DNA from: Candidatus Methylomirabilis limnetica
GTDB taxonomy: Bacteria; Methylomirabilota; Methylomirabilia; Methylomirabilales; Methylomirabilaceae
Reading direction: 5' to 3'
DNA: 32,000 nucleotides
Assembly: GCF_003044035.1 (NCBI RefSeq)
Contig: NZ_NVQC01000010.1
Location: forward strand, 15,363 to 47,362
The notes beneath the pieces were generated by a model. It was not told where the DNA came from, made no database searches, and saw only the letters and a program-made list of their open reading frames with translations. This document shows positions 24,664 through 32,000 of the stretch, piece after piece. A program made the translations under genes and the position numbers. How positions within the stretch are numbered: the first letter of the stretch is position 1; each line of letters starts with the position of its first letter.

Positions 24664-24811
24664 TTTTCGGGACAATCTCACATTAATCGAGAGCGTGGAT
24701 TGCTTCGTCGCGTTACTCCTACTCAGAAACTGGCTAAGTTTCTGCCACCTGCGGGTCCGCCCCCGCTGGATGGGGTACTCGCCATGACCGGTCGATTTGT
24801 TATTAGTACCG

Positions 24812-26602
24812 TCAGACCCGATAGTCCTCTGCCTCGATGATGCGTCTGGCGATGGCCCTTCGCAGGCGGGTAGTGTTGCTGGGTGTGTAACGGGTCAACT
24901 TCTTCAGGGCGCTGAGCTGAGTCCAGAGCGTATCACCCTCCTCCATCGAGGCCAGGCCCTCCTTGGCCAGTAAGTCGATCCGGGCGAAGGCGTCGCTCAT
25001 ATAGACCTTGACCATATCCGATTTCGATTCTACCGCGCCCTCCCCATCTCGCTCTACCGATTTCAGCGTGCGGAGCAGCGCGCTCTCCATGGCAAACAGC
25101 TCGATCACCAGATCGCTCAGTACCCCCAGGATCTCCTGCTCGTCTGCAAGCCGCTCGCGATACTTCTGGACGACGGCTCCAGAGACCATCAACGCGATCT
25201 TCTTTGCTAGCTGGAGCATCCGGATCTGCTCACCAAGGTGACCCTTGGGCGCCTCCTCTTGACTCGGGCTGTACGCGAGCAGGTCAGCCATCAACTTCTG
25301 AGTCGCAACGAAGAGTGGCAGGCGTCCCTGCAGCGTTCGCCGGAAAAGCGTCGTAGGAATCAACAATCGGTTGATCTCGTTGGTTCCCTCGAAGAGTCGG
25401 TTGACCCTGGCATCCCGATAGATCCGCTCGGCCGGATAGCCCGCGATGTAGCCGTAGCCGCCGAAGATCTGGACGGTCTCGTCAGCGACGTAATCGAGGG
25501 CCTCGGAGGCATAGACCTTGTTGATTGAGCACTCAACGGCGTACTCCTCAACCCCCTTGGCGGTCTCGATCCCCGCCCGCTCGTCTTCCTGGTCGATACC
25601 TGATATGTTCCGCTCGATCAGGCCGGCAGTCCGATAGACCATCGACTCGGTGACATAGGTCCGAATCGCCATCTCGGCCAGCTTTTTCTGGATGAGGCCG
25701 AAGGAGGCGATAGGTTGTCCGAATTGTGTGCGCTGCTTCGCGTATCTGACCGCCTCGCGCAGGGCCAGCTTGCAGAGACCCAGGCAGCCGGCTCCGAGCT
25801 TGAGCCGGCCAATGTTCAACAGGTCGAAGGCGACCTTGTGTCCCTTGCCGATTTCATAGAGGAGGTTCTCCACGGGGACCCTCGCATTCTCCAGGATCAC
25901 GCTCCTGGTGGAGGTTCCCTTGATCCCCATCTTTTTCTCTTCCGGTCCCAGGCTGACGCCGGGCGTGTCCTTGTCGATGATGAAGGCTGTGAACTTGTCG
26001 CCGTCCACCTTGGCGTAGGTAATGTACAGATCGGCAAAGCCGGCGTTCGTAATGAACTGTTTCGTGCCGTTCAGGATGTAGGACTTTCCGTCAGGCGAGA
26101 GGAGCGCCTTCGTTTTGGCGCTGAGCGCATCAGAGCCGGAGCCCGGCTCCGTGAGCGCATAGGAGCCGATCTTTGCGCCGGTGGCGAGCAGGGACAGGTA
26201 GCGGGCCTTCTGCTCGGCATTGCCGAACCAGGCGATCGGGAGCGATCCGATTCCCGAGTGGTCCAAGACCGAGATGGCAAAGGAGCCACCCTCAATCATC
26301 TGTTCAGCAATGACCGTGGAGGTGATCAGATCCAGCCCCAAGCCGCCGTACTTGGTCGGGATATCCACCGACAGTAGCCCCAACTCCCCAGCCTTCTTGA
26401 AGAGGGTGAGCGTAAGGTCCCAGTCCTGGTGCTCGATCTGCTCGGCTTTAGGCTTGACCTCGGCCTCGATGAACTCCTGTGTCAGCTTCCGCATCATCTG
26501 CTGTTCCTCGCTCAGATCTTCAGGCGTAAAGACCTCCTGAGGAGGTGTCTCGCGGATGAGAAAGCTACCGCCCGCAACGAGCTCATTCTTTGCCGTAGTC
26601 AT
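24812..26602 (-). CDS. fadE: Long-type acyl-CoA dehydrogenase (FadE/YusJ-like, ~596 aa)
   Basis: ACAD N, middle and C-terminal domains plus a C-terminal extension. Start taken at MTTAKNEL (ATG 26602) after GAGGAGGA. The track start at 26623 adds 7 aa. Confidence 0.9.
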   Translation of the reverse strand: MTTAKNELVAGGSFLIRETPPQEVFTPEDLSEEQQMMRKLTQEFIEAEVKPKAEQIEHQDWDLTLTLFKKAGELGLLSVDIPTKYGGLGLDLITSTVIAEQMIEGGSFAISVLDHSGIGSLPIAWFGNAEQKARYLSLLATGAKIGSYALTEPGSGSDALSAKTKALLSPDGKSYILNGTKQFITNAGFADLYITYAKVDGDKFTAFIIDKDTPGVSLGPEEKKMGIKGTSTRSVILENARVPVENLLYEIGKGHKVAFDLLNIGRLKLGAGCLGLCKLALREAVRYAKQRTQFGQPIASFGLIQKKLAEMAIRTYVTESMVYRTAGLIERNISGIDQEDERAGIETAKGVEEYAVECSINKVYASEALDYVADETVQIFGGYGYIAGYPAERIYRDARVNRLFEGTNEINRLLIPTTLFRRTLQGRLPLFVATQKLMADLLAYSPSQEEAPKGHLGEQIRMLQLAKKIALMVSGAVVQKYRERLADEQEILGVLSDLVIELFAMESALLRTLKSVERDGEGAVESKSDMVKVYMSDAFARIDLLAKEGLASMEEGDTLWTQLSALKKLTRYTPSNTTRLRRAIARRIIEAEDYRV

Positions 26603-26623
26603 CCGATCCTCCTCTAAGAGCAA

Positions 26624-26637
26624 GGGTATAGGGTATA
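26624..26637 (+). repeat. Tandem heptamers GGGTATA GGGTATA, with an inverted partner array at 26838-26858
   Basis: Read directly. The reverse complement of the partner is GGGTCTA GGGGTTA GGGTAT, and that array overlaps the last codons of fadA. Confidence 0.7.
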
Positions 26638-26702
26638 GCCTAAGAATAGGCTTAATGAACTACCCCGCGGCAAGCCGCTGGGTATCGTCTTCTGTTCTGG
26701 CC

Positions 26703-26768
26703 CGTCATTCCGTGCTTGACACGGAATCCAGTCGGGCCCTCTGGATACCGGCTTCCGCCGGTATGACG
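26703..26768. repeat. REP doublet in the fadA-fadE spacer: ATTCCGTG-CTTGA-CACGGAAT and ATACCGGC-TTCC-GCCGGTAT, closed by CGTCAT/ATGACG
   Basis: Read directly. It is flanked by two CGGCAAGCCGC-containing hairpin motifs at about 26664-26683 and 26774-26790. Confidence 0.8.
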
Positions 26769-26849
26769 AACTCTCGGCAAGCCGCGGGGAATGAACCCCC
26801 AGTGGATTCAACTGACTCCACCTCTAGACCTAACTGCATACCCTAACCC

Positions 26850-28034
26850 CTAGACCCTTTCGAATATGCCCGCAGCCCCCATGCCTCCGCCTATGCACAT
26901 CGTGACCATTCCGTAGCGGGCTTTTCGTCGCTGCATTTCATACAACAGCGTCGCCGTCAGTTTCGCGCCGGTGCAGCCGAGGGGATGACCCAGGGCGACG
27001 GCGCCGCCGTTGACGTTCACCCGAGGGGTAGGGATCTTCAGCTCGTGGATGACGGCAAGAGCCTGGGCGGCGAACGCCTCATTTAGCTCGATCAGGTCGA
27101 TCTGGTCAAGGGTGAGTCCCGCCAGCTTGAGCGCCTTAGGAATCGCCTCGACCGGTCCGATCCCCATGAGATCCGGCGGCACGCCTGCGACGGCGAACGC
27201 CCTGAAGACCGCGAGCGGCGTGAGCCCCAACTGGCGCGCCTTCTCCTGCGACATGACTAAAACCGCGGCCGCGCCGTCGCTGGTCTGGGACGAGTTGCCG
27301 GCGGTAATGGTACCGCTCTTGTGGAAGACCGGCTGGAGCCTGGCGAGCGCCTCGACAGAGGTATCGTACCGGACCCCCTCGTCGGTGTCGAAGATCATCT
27401 CATCGGTGACGATGCGTGGCGCACCCTCCCCACGGAATGTCCTCCTCACAACGGTGAGCGGGACGATCTCGTCCTTAAATCGTCCCTCCCTGATGGCGGC
27501 GGCGGCCTTGAGGTGGCTCTGCAGGGCAAAGCCATCCTGCTCCTCTCGGCTTATCTGATACGTGTGGGCAAGATTTTCGGCGCTGTTTCCCATCGAGATG
27601 TAGACAGCCGGATAGTGCTCCGCGAGGTAGGGGTCGGGCGCGTATGTATTCCCGCTCATCGGGACCAGGCTCATGCTCTCTGCTCCGCCGGCAATGATCA
27701 CGTCGGCAAAGCCGGCCATGATCCGCTCGGCCGCCATAGCGATGGTCTGGAGCCCGGAAGAGCAGAAGCGGTTTACGGTCTGCCCAGCAACGGTGTAAGG
27801 CAACCCTGCCCGCAGCGCCGCGACCCTCGCCATATTCATGCCCTGTTCCGCCTCCGGGAAGGCACAGCCGATGATGACATCCTCGACCTCTCCAGGTTGA
27901 AGTCCAGGCACCCGCTTCATGAGTCCGGCAATCACAGTCGCCGCCATCGCGGTAGGGGGTGTGGCGCTGAGCGTACCGCGTGGCGTCTTACCCACCGCCG
28001 TTCTCACCGCCGCCACAATCACAGCCTCTTTCAT
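26850..28034 (-). CDS. fadA: Acetyl-CoA C-acyltransferase (thiolase)
   Basis: 394 aa. Active-site Cys context [25 protein letters not shown] and the end [23 protein letters not shown]. Confidence 0.93.
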   Translation of the reverse strand: MKEAVIVAAVRTAVGKTPRGTLSATPPTAMAATVIAGLMKRVPGLQPGEVEDVIIGCAFPEAEQGMNMARVAALRAGLPYTVAGQTVNRFCSSGLQTIAMAAERIMAGFADVIIAGGAESMSLVPMSGNTYAPDPYLAEHYPAVYISMGNSAENLAHTYQISREEQDGFALQSHLKAAAAIREGRFKDEIVPLTVVRRTFRGEGAPRIVTDEMIFDTDEGVRYDTSVEALARLQPVFHKSGTITAGNSSQTSDGAAAVLVMSQEKARQLGLTPLAVFRAFAVAGVPPDLMGIGPVEAIPKALKLAGLTLDQIDLIELNEAFAAQALAVIHELKIPTPRVNVNGGAVALGHPLGCTGAKLTATLLYEMQRRKARYGMVTMCIGGGMGAAGIFERV

Positions 28035-28070
28035 GCCTTTACTCTCCGCGTGTCATTGCCTGGCAAGTCC

Positions 28071-28141
28071 CCCCTCCCTCCTCGGCGTAGGGGCGACCCT
28101 TGTGGTCGCCCGATCTGGGCAGGCACAAGGCCTGCCCCTAC
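28071..28141 (-). repeat. Right member of the 71-bp inverted REP-doublet pair (see 24593-24663)
   Basis: Exact reverse-complement identity over the 55-bp core. It lies in the fadN-fadA spacer. Confidence 0.92.
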
Positions 28142-28187
28142 AGGGGAGGGTGAGGAAGGTGGGACAGCACGCTTCTGAAGCGTTCTG

Positions 28188-30596
28188 TCAGTTCCTCAGC
28201 GGCTTGCCGGTCTTCAGCATGTGCTGCATCCGCTCCTGGGACTTTCGTTCACCGCACAGGCTGAGAAAGGCCTCCCGCTCCAGATCCAGGAGATGCTGCT
28301 CAGTGACCAGGGTTCGGGGCGCCACATCGCCACCAGCAAGGATATTGGCCAACTTCCTGGCGATCCGCTCGTCATGATCGCTGATGTAGCCTCCACGCTT
28401 CATGTTATACAACTGCGTGTCTACTGCGGCGATGGCGCGCGTCCCTAGAACCTTGATGTCATCTCTTGGCTGGAGTGGAGTATACCCTTCGGCAACCAGC
28501 CCAAGGGCCACCTGCTTCGCCTCGTGCAGCAGGCGATCCTGGTTCATCGTAAACCTATCGGTTGGCCTGATGTAGCCGAGCCGCTGCGCATCCTTCGCGC
28601 TGGTGGAGACCTTAGCGAAGGCGATCGTTTCGAAGGCATGGCGGAAGAACGGAAGCAGATCCACCTCCGCCCCTTCCGGGATACCTTCCAGGCTTCGGAG
28701 CAGCATCTCCTTGCAGCCTCCTGCGGCCGGGATCAACCCGACGCCCACTTCCACGAGCCCGATGTAGGTTTCGGCGGCAGCGCGGATCCTCGCGGTGTGC
28801 AGACAGATCTCGCACCCGCCGCCGAGCGTCATGGAAAACGGGGCCGCTACCACCGGTTTCTCGAAAAGCTTGAGCGCCATGTTGGCATCCTGGAAGGCCC
28901 GCACCATCAGTTCGATGTCGTCCCAGTTCTCATCCTGGGCCTCGAAGAGGATGGCCATCAGATTCGCGCCGACACAGAAGTGTTTTCCCTGATTTCCGAT
29001 CACCAGGGCGTCAAATTGCTCGGTGCAATGCTGCAGGCTCGTCCGCATCATCTGAAGGATGTCAGGACCGATGGCGTTGTTCTTGGAGTGGAACTGCAGA
29101 CAGGCGACCCCATCTCCCAAGTCGAGAAGCGACGCGCCGGGACTGCGATCGACCACCTGTTGCCGTTCATGCAACGTTCGGAGATGAATGATCCCAGATC
29201 GCTCCGGAACCTCAACCTGTTTGGCTGCCCAGAGGTCAAAGGCGTATTGCCGTCCCGCCTCGCGACGGTAGAAGCTCTCGGTACCGCTCTGAAGCAGCGT
29301 GGTCACCAGCGGTGCAAGCGCCTTGCCCTCTTGCGTCATACGAGCGCTAGCCTGCTTGACCCCCAGCGCGTCCCAGAGCTCGAACGGTCCCAACTCCCAG
29401 CCGAAGCCCCACTTCATGGCCTGGTCCACACTGATGATGTCATCAGCGACCTCAGGGATGCGATGTGCAGTGTAGAGCAGGGTCTCGCGTAAGACCTGCC
29501 ACACGTAATGACCGGCGCGGTCATCGGCAGAGGTCAGCGCTCGAAGTCGCTCCACGGGCTCCTCGATCCCCTGGGTCATGTCGAGTGAGGGGAAGGTCAC
29601 CGGCCGCTGCTGTCGGTACTCCATCGTCTTGTAATCGAGGACCAGGATCTCGCTCCCGTTGGCCCCTTTGACCCGCTTGTAGAACCCTTGTCCGGCCTTC
29701 TCGCCCAACCAGCCGCGCTTCACCAGCTCCAGGAGGAAGGGGGGAATGGTATAGGCCTGCCGCTCCTGATCGTCCGAGAGAGCCTCGGCGATATTGGTGG
29801 CGATGAGCACCACCGTATCGAGGCCAACCAGGTCGACCGTTCGAAACGTTGCGGTCTTGGGGCGACCAATGGCGCCTCCGGTGAGCCGATCCACCTCCTC
29901 GATCGAATAGTCTCCCTCCACCATGAGCCGCATGGCGGTAAAGAGGCCGAAGGCGGCAATCCGGTTGGCGATAAAGTTCGGGGTGTCCTTAGCAAAGACA
30001 ATTCCCTTGCCCAGCGTCCGTTCCGCGAAAGCGGCCATCCGCTGCCTCACCTCGGGCAGGGTCTCGGGACCAGGGATCAGTTCCAGGAGTTTCATGTATC
30101 GCGGCGGGTTAAAGAAGTGCGCGCCCAGAAAGTGCCGGCGAAAGTCGGCAGACCGCCCCTCGACCAGTAGCCGGATCGGGATCCCCGAAGTGTTGCTGCT
30201 GATGAGGGTTCCCGGTCTGCGGTGGGCTTCAACCTTTGCAAGGAGGGCCTGCTTGATCTCAAGCCGCTCGGGTGCCGCCTCGACTATCCAGTCGGCCCTG
30301 GAGAGCCATTCGAGATGGTCTTCGATATTCCCGATGGTAATCAGGCGGGCGTCTTTAGGCGAGTAGAAGGCGGGCGGAGAAGCCTTGAGGGCGTACTCAA
30401 GGCCTTTTGCAGCGATACGATTGCGGAACGCAGGGCTTTCCCTGGTCAGCCCCTTGCGTCGCTCTTCCTCCGTCAGCTCAGACGGAACAATGTCAAGCAG
30501 GAAGGTAGGAATGCCGGCATTCGCAAGGTGCGCGGCGATACCGCTCCCCATCACGCCCGCCCCCAGAACAGCCACACGCCTGATCTCTGACGACAT
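28188..30596 (-). CDS. fadN: Bifunctional 3-hydroxyacyl-CoA dehydrogenase / enoyl-CoA hydratase (FadN type, dehydrogenase domain first)
   Basis: Start taken at MSSEIRRVAVLGAGVMGSGIAAHLA (ATG 30596) after GGAGAAAGG. N-terminal Rossmann 3HCDH domain and C-terminal crotonase-fold region. The 43-aa upstream extension in the track reads through a repeat element. Confidence 0.9.
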   Translation of the reverse strand: MSSEIRRVAVLGAGVMGSGIAAHLANAGIPTFLLDIVPSELTEEERRKGLTRESPAFRNRIAAKGLEYALKASPPAFYSPKDARLITIGNIEDHLEWLSRADWIVEAAPERLEIKQALLAKVEAHRRPGTLISSNTSGIPIRLLVEGRSADFRRHFLGAHFFNPPRYMKLLELIPGPETLPEVRQRMAAFAERTLGKGIVFAKDTPNFIANRIAAFGLFTAMRLMVEGDYSIEEVDRLTGGAIGRPKTATFRTVDLVGLDTVVLIATNIAEALSDDQERQAYTIPPFLLELVKRGWLGEKAGQGFYKRVKGANGSEILVLDYKTMEYRQQRPVTFPSLDMTQGIEEPVERLRALTSADDRAGHYVWQVLRETLLYTAHRIPEVADDIISVDQAMKWGFGWELGPFELWDALGVKQASARMTQEGKALAPLVTTLLQSGTESFYRREAGRQYAFDLWAAKQVEVPERSGIIHLRTLHERQQVVDRSPGASLLDLGDGVACLQFHSKNNAIGPDILQMMRTSLQHCTEQFDALVIGNQGKHFCVGANLMAILFEAQDENWDDIELMVRAFQDANMALKLFEKPVVAAPFSMTLGGGCEICLHTARIRAAAETYIGLVEVGVGLIPAAGGCKEMLLRSLEGIPEGAEVDLLPFFRHAFETIAFAKVSTSAKDAQRLGYIRPTDRFTMNQDRLLHEAKQVALGLVAEGYTPLQPRDDIKVLGTRAIAAVDTQLYNMKRGGYISDHDERIARKLANILAGGDVAPRTLVTEQHLLDLEREAFLSLCGERKSQERMQHMLKTGKPLRN

Positions 30597-30625
30597 CCTT
30601 TCTCCGATCCATACCCCCTTTCCAA

Positions 30626-30688
30626 CCCTCCCCCCCTCGGAGGGGGAGGGGACGGGTGGGGGGCTTTCTGGGCAATTCCAACGTGCGC
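30626..30688. repeat. C5/G5 hairpin CCCTCCCCC-CTCGGA-GGGGGAGGG (30626-30650) plus the G-box/CTTTCTGGGCAATTCCAAC module
   Basis: Read directly, 30 nt upstream of the fadN start in mRNA sense. The + strand run G5-A-G4-AC-G3-T-G6 lies at 30642-30663. Confidence 0.8.
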
Positions 30689-30813
30689 TATGCTGTCCGC
30701 TCGTTTGGGGGGATTTGCTAGCCAAAGAGTACTTGACAGGCCAAGGGTTGTAAAGGCGAATTAAGCCTTAATTTCTTATTGACAACGAATCCAATGGGAT
30801 GGATATGTAATCG

Positions 30814-30873
30814 GGGGCACGTGGCAACGTGCCCCTACAATCGAACGGTTCGGGAAACCGACATCGAACACCA
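30814..30873 (+). repeat. 60-bp fragment (REP-like hairpin plus 38 nt), 57/60 identical to 31218-31277 inside the RAYT ORF
   Basis: Aligned by hand. The 3 mismatches are at fragment positions 10, 28 and 50. Confidence 0.9.
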
Positions 30874-30898
30874 ATGGACGATAGATCGTGAAAATCCT

Positions 30899-30923
30899 GT
30901 AGGGGCACGTTGCTACGTGCCCT
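30899..30923 (+). repeat. GTAG-type REP hairpin GTAGGGGCACGT-TGCT-ACGTGCCCT, 20 nt upstream of the RAYT ATG
   Basis: Read directly. It is a near copy of the hairpin at 31215-31242. Confidence 0.85.
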
Positions 30924-30943
30924 AGACGGAAGGGTAGGGTGGC

Positions 30944-31366
30944 ATGAACAATAACCTCCAACGCCCGCACCGCCGCAGCGTCCGTCTGACGGGTTACGAC
31001 TATTCGCAGGCTGGGGCGTATTTCATCACCACCTGTGTCCAGGATCGGATATTGTTGTTCGGCGAGGCGGTGGATGGAGAAATGCGATTAAATGAATATG
31101 GTGAAATCGTACGTCGGGAATGGGAACGGACCGGTAAAATCCGACAGGATGTGGGGATAGACGCATTTGTGATCATGCCAAACCATTTCCATGGAATTAT
31201 CGTCATCGACCCGGGTAGGGGCACGTTGCAACGTGCCCCTACAACCGAACGGTTCGGGAAACCGACGTCGAACACCATTCCGACCATTGTTCGACTGTTC
31301 AAATCGACAACTACCAGACAAATTGATTTCGCTAGAGTAAAAGGGACCCACCTAACACGGCAATGA
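30944..31366 (+). pseudogene. REP-associated tyrosine transposase (RAYT / IS200-IS605 TnpA-like Y1 HUH enzyme), 3'-truncated
   Basis: 140-aa ORF with the N-terminal RAYT pattern (RRSVRLTGYDYSQAGAYFITTC), the HUH motif MPNHFHGIIVI and the helix TIVRLFKSTTTRQI. The sequence then diverges (DFARVKGTHLTRQ*) before the expected Tyr-containing WQR.YYEH-type segment. The IS21 leader starts at this point. Confidence 0.7.
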
Positions 31367-32000
31367 TCGAGCAAAAGGAGCCCACTCTGATACGCTCGCT
31401 GTTTCTCGTGTGTTCGAGCAAGACCACACCAGAGACAGGGAGGGAGAGGAGTGCTAGGGATGGATCAGTACGAGCTCATCAGGACGGCCGCTCGGGTGTA
31501 TCAGAAGAGTATTCGTCAGATCGCGCGGGAGACTGGGCATACACGCAAAACGATCCGCAAGGTTCTAGCTGGCTGGGAGCCTAAGTACCGGAGGAGGCAC
31601 GAACCGGCCTCCCGGGTGATGGACTCGGTCGCCGCCATCATCGAGGGCTGGCTCCGCACGGATCAGGAGACCCCCAAGAAGCATCGCCACACGGCGCACC
31701 GGATCTGGACCCGACTGGTCGAAGAGTATGCCTTTCCGGGTGCGGAGTCGACAGTTAGACGATGGGTGCGGGAGCAGAAGGCTCGGCTGGGATGGCCGAC
31801 AGTCACAGCGGTCATCCCCTTAGACCCGGAGCTCGCGCAGGAGGCGGAAGTCGACTGGGGAGCTGCCTGGGTCCGCATGGCAGGAGAGGAGCGGCAGGTC
31901 AAGCTCTTCTGTATGCGATCGCGCTATTCGGGCATGCCCTTTGTGCGGGCCTATCCGTACGAGCGACAGGAGATGTTCTTCGATGGCCACACCCGAGCCT
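31324..32000 (+). mobile_element. IS21-family insertion sequence, left part (continues beyond the window)
   Basis: istA begins at 31460. The left boundary is placed where RAYT homology ends (TGATTTCGCTAGAG...). It is approximate to about +/-10 nt because the right end and the target duplication are not visible. Confidence 0.6.
31460..32000 (+). CDS. istA: IS21-family transposase IstA, N-terminal 180 aa (partial)
   Basis: My translation from the ATG at 31460 (SD GGAGAGGAG) is MDQYELIRTAARVYQKSIRQIARETGHTRKTIRKVLAG...KKHRHTAHRIWTRLVEEYAFPGAESTVRRWVREQK...VDWG...FCMRSRYSGMPFVRAYP. This is the typical IstA HTH and the start of the DDE region. The frame is open to the window edge, so it is absent from the ORF track. 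Confidence 0.9.
   Translation, partial: MDQYELIRTAARVYQKSIRQIARETGHTRKTIRKVLAGWEPKYRRRHEPASRVMDSVAAIIEGWLRTDQETPKKHRHTAHRIWTRLVEEYAFPGAESTVRRWVREQKARLGWPTVTAVIPLDPELAQEAEVDWGAAWVRMAGEERQVKLFCMRSRYSGMPFVRAYPYERQEMFFDGHTRA

Noticed and set aside
25715-29492. Several long + strand ORFs (25715-26377, 27010-27558, 27321-28178, 28524-29492, 29688-30170 and others)
   Set aside because: All are antisense to the strongly supported fadE, fadA and fadN genes. Their composition is Arg/Gly/Pro-rich.
42-30650. Possibility that the recurring hairpins form a CRISPR array
   Set aside because: The copies are scattered kilobases apart, differ in sequence, have no constant repeat/spacer periodicity, and there are no cas genes.
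30597-30725. 43-aa N-terminal extension of fadN given in the ORF track
   Set aside because: The extension translates the repeat element (PSPSEGGRVGKG). The internal ATG at 30596 has a good SD and begins directly at the Rossmann motif.
31363-31584. 73-aa + strand ORF at the IS21 left end
   Set aside because: It overlaps the istA start in a different frame and lies in the IS leader. The istA frame has the SD and clear family similarity.

Overview
This is a chromosomal, mostly housekeeping and metabolic window from a bacterium of roughly 60% GC. The taxon cannot be assigned from sequence alone.

Gene order, left to right:
- a Trm112-like small ORF (missing from the ORF track), gltX, greA and tRNA-Gln(CUG)
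- dusB followed by a low-GC Cys-rich mini-ORF
- tex, an APH/CHK-like kinase, and ychF (-)
- a same-strand string of RNase H-like exonuclease, mtaB, mtnP and a PfkB kinase
- a methylmalonyl-pathway cluster directly after that string: carboxyltransferase, biotin carboxylase, BCCP, B12-mutase catalytic subunit and epimerase
- a secreted FG-GAP-like protein and bfr (-)
- a low-GC islet encoding an orphan 590-aa Mrr-cat-like/winged-helix/TPR protein (-)
- moaD-moaE
- a Bacillus-type fadN-fadA-fadE beta-oxidation operon (-)
- a REP-associated tyrosine transposase (RAYT) gene at the right edge, truncated by an IS21-family element whose istA runs off the window

I saw no CRISPR array, rRNA, or recognisable multi-gene defence or secretion system.

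The unusual content is in the spacers. Nearly every intergenic gap holds nested palindromic or tandem elements from several families:
- GTAG-type REPs, including a 71-bp inverted pair bracketing fadA-fadE
- C5/G5 hairpin composites just upstream of start codons
- stop-codon-rich tandem heptamer arrays that resemble cyanobacterial STRRs
- a 155-bp MITE-like cassette carrying a 31-codon remnant of a four-helix-bundle gene

The best candidates for something new are the orphan 590-aa protein islet, the heptamer and inverted-repeat cassette family, and the RAYT whose REP-like hairpin sits inside its own ORF. All functional readings are inference. No searches or folding computations could be run.
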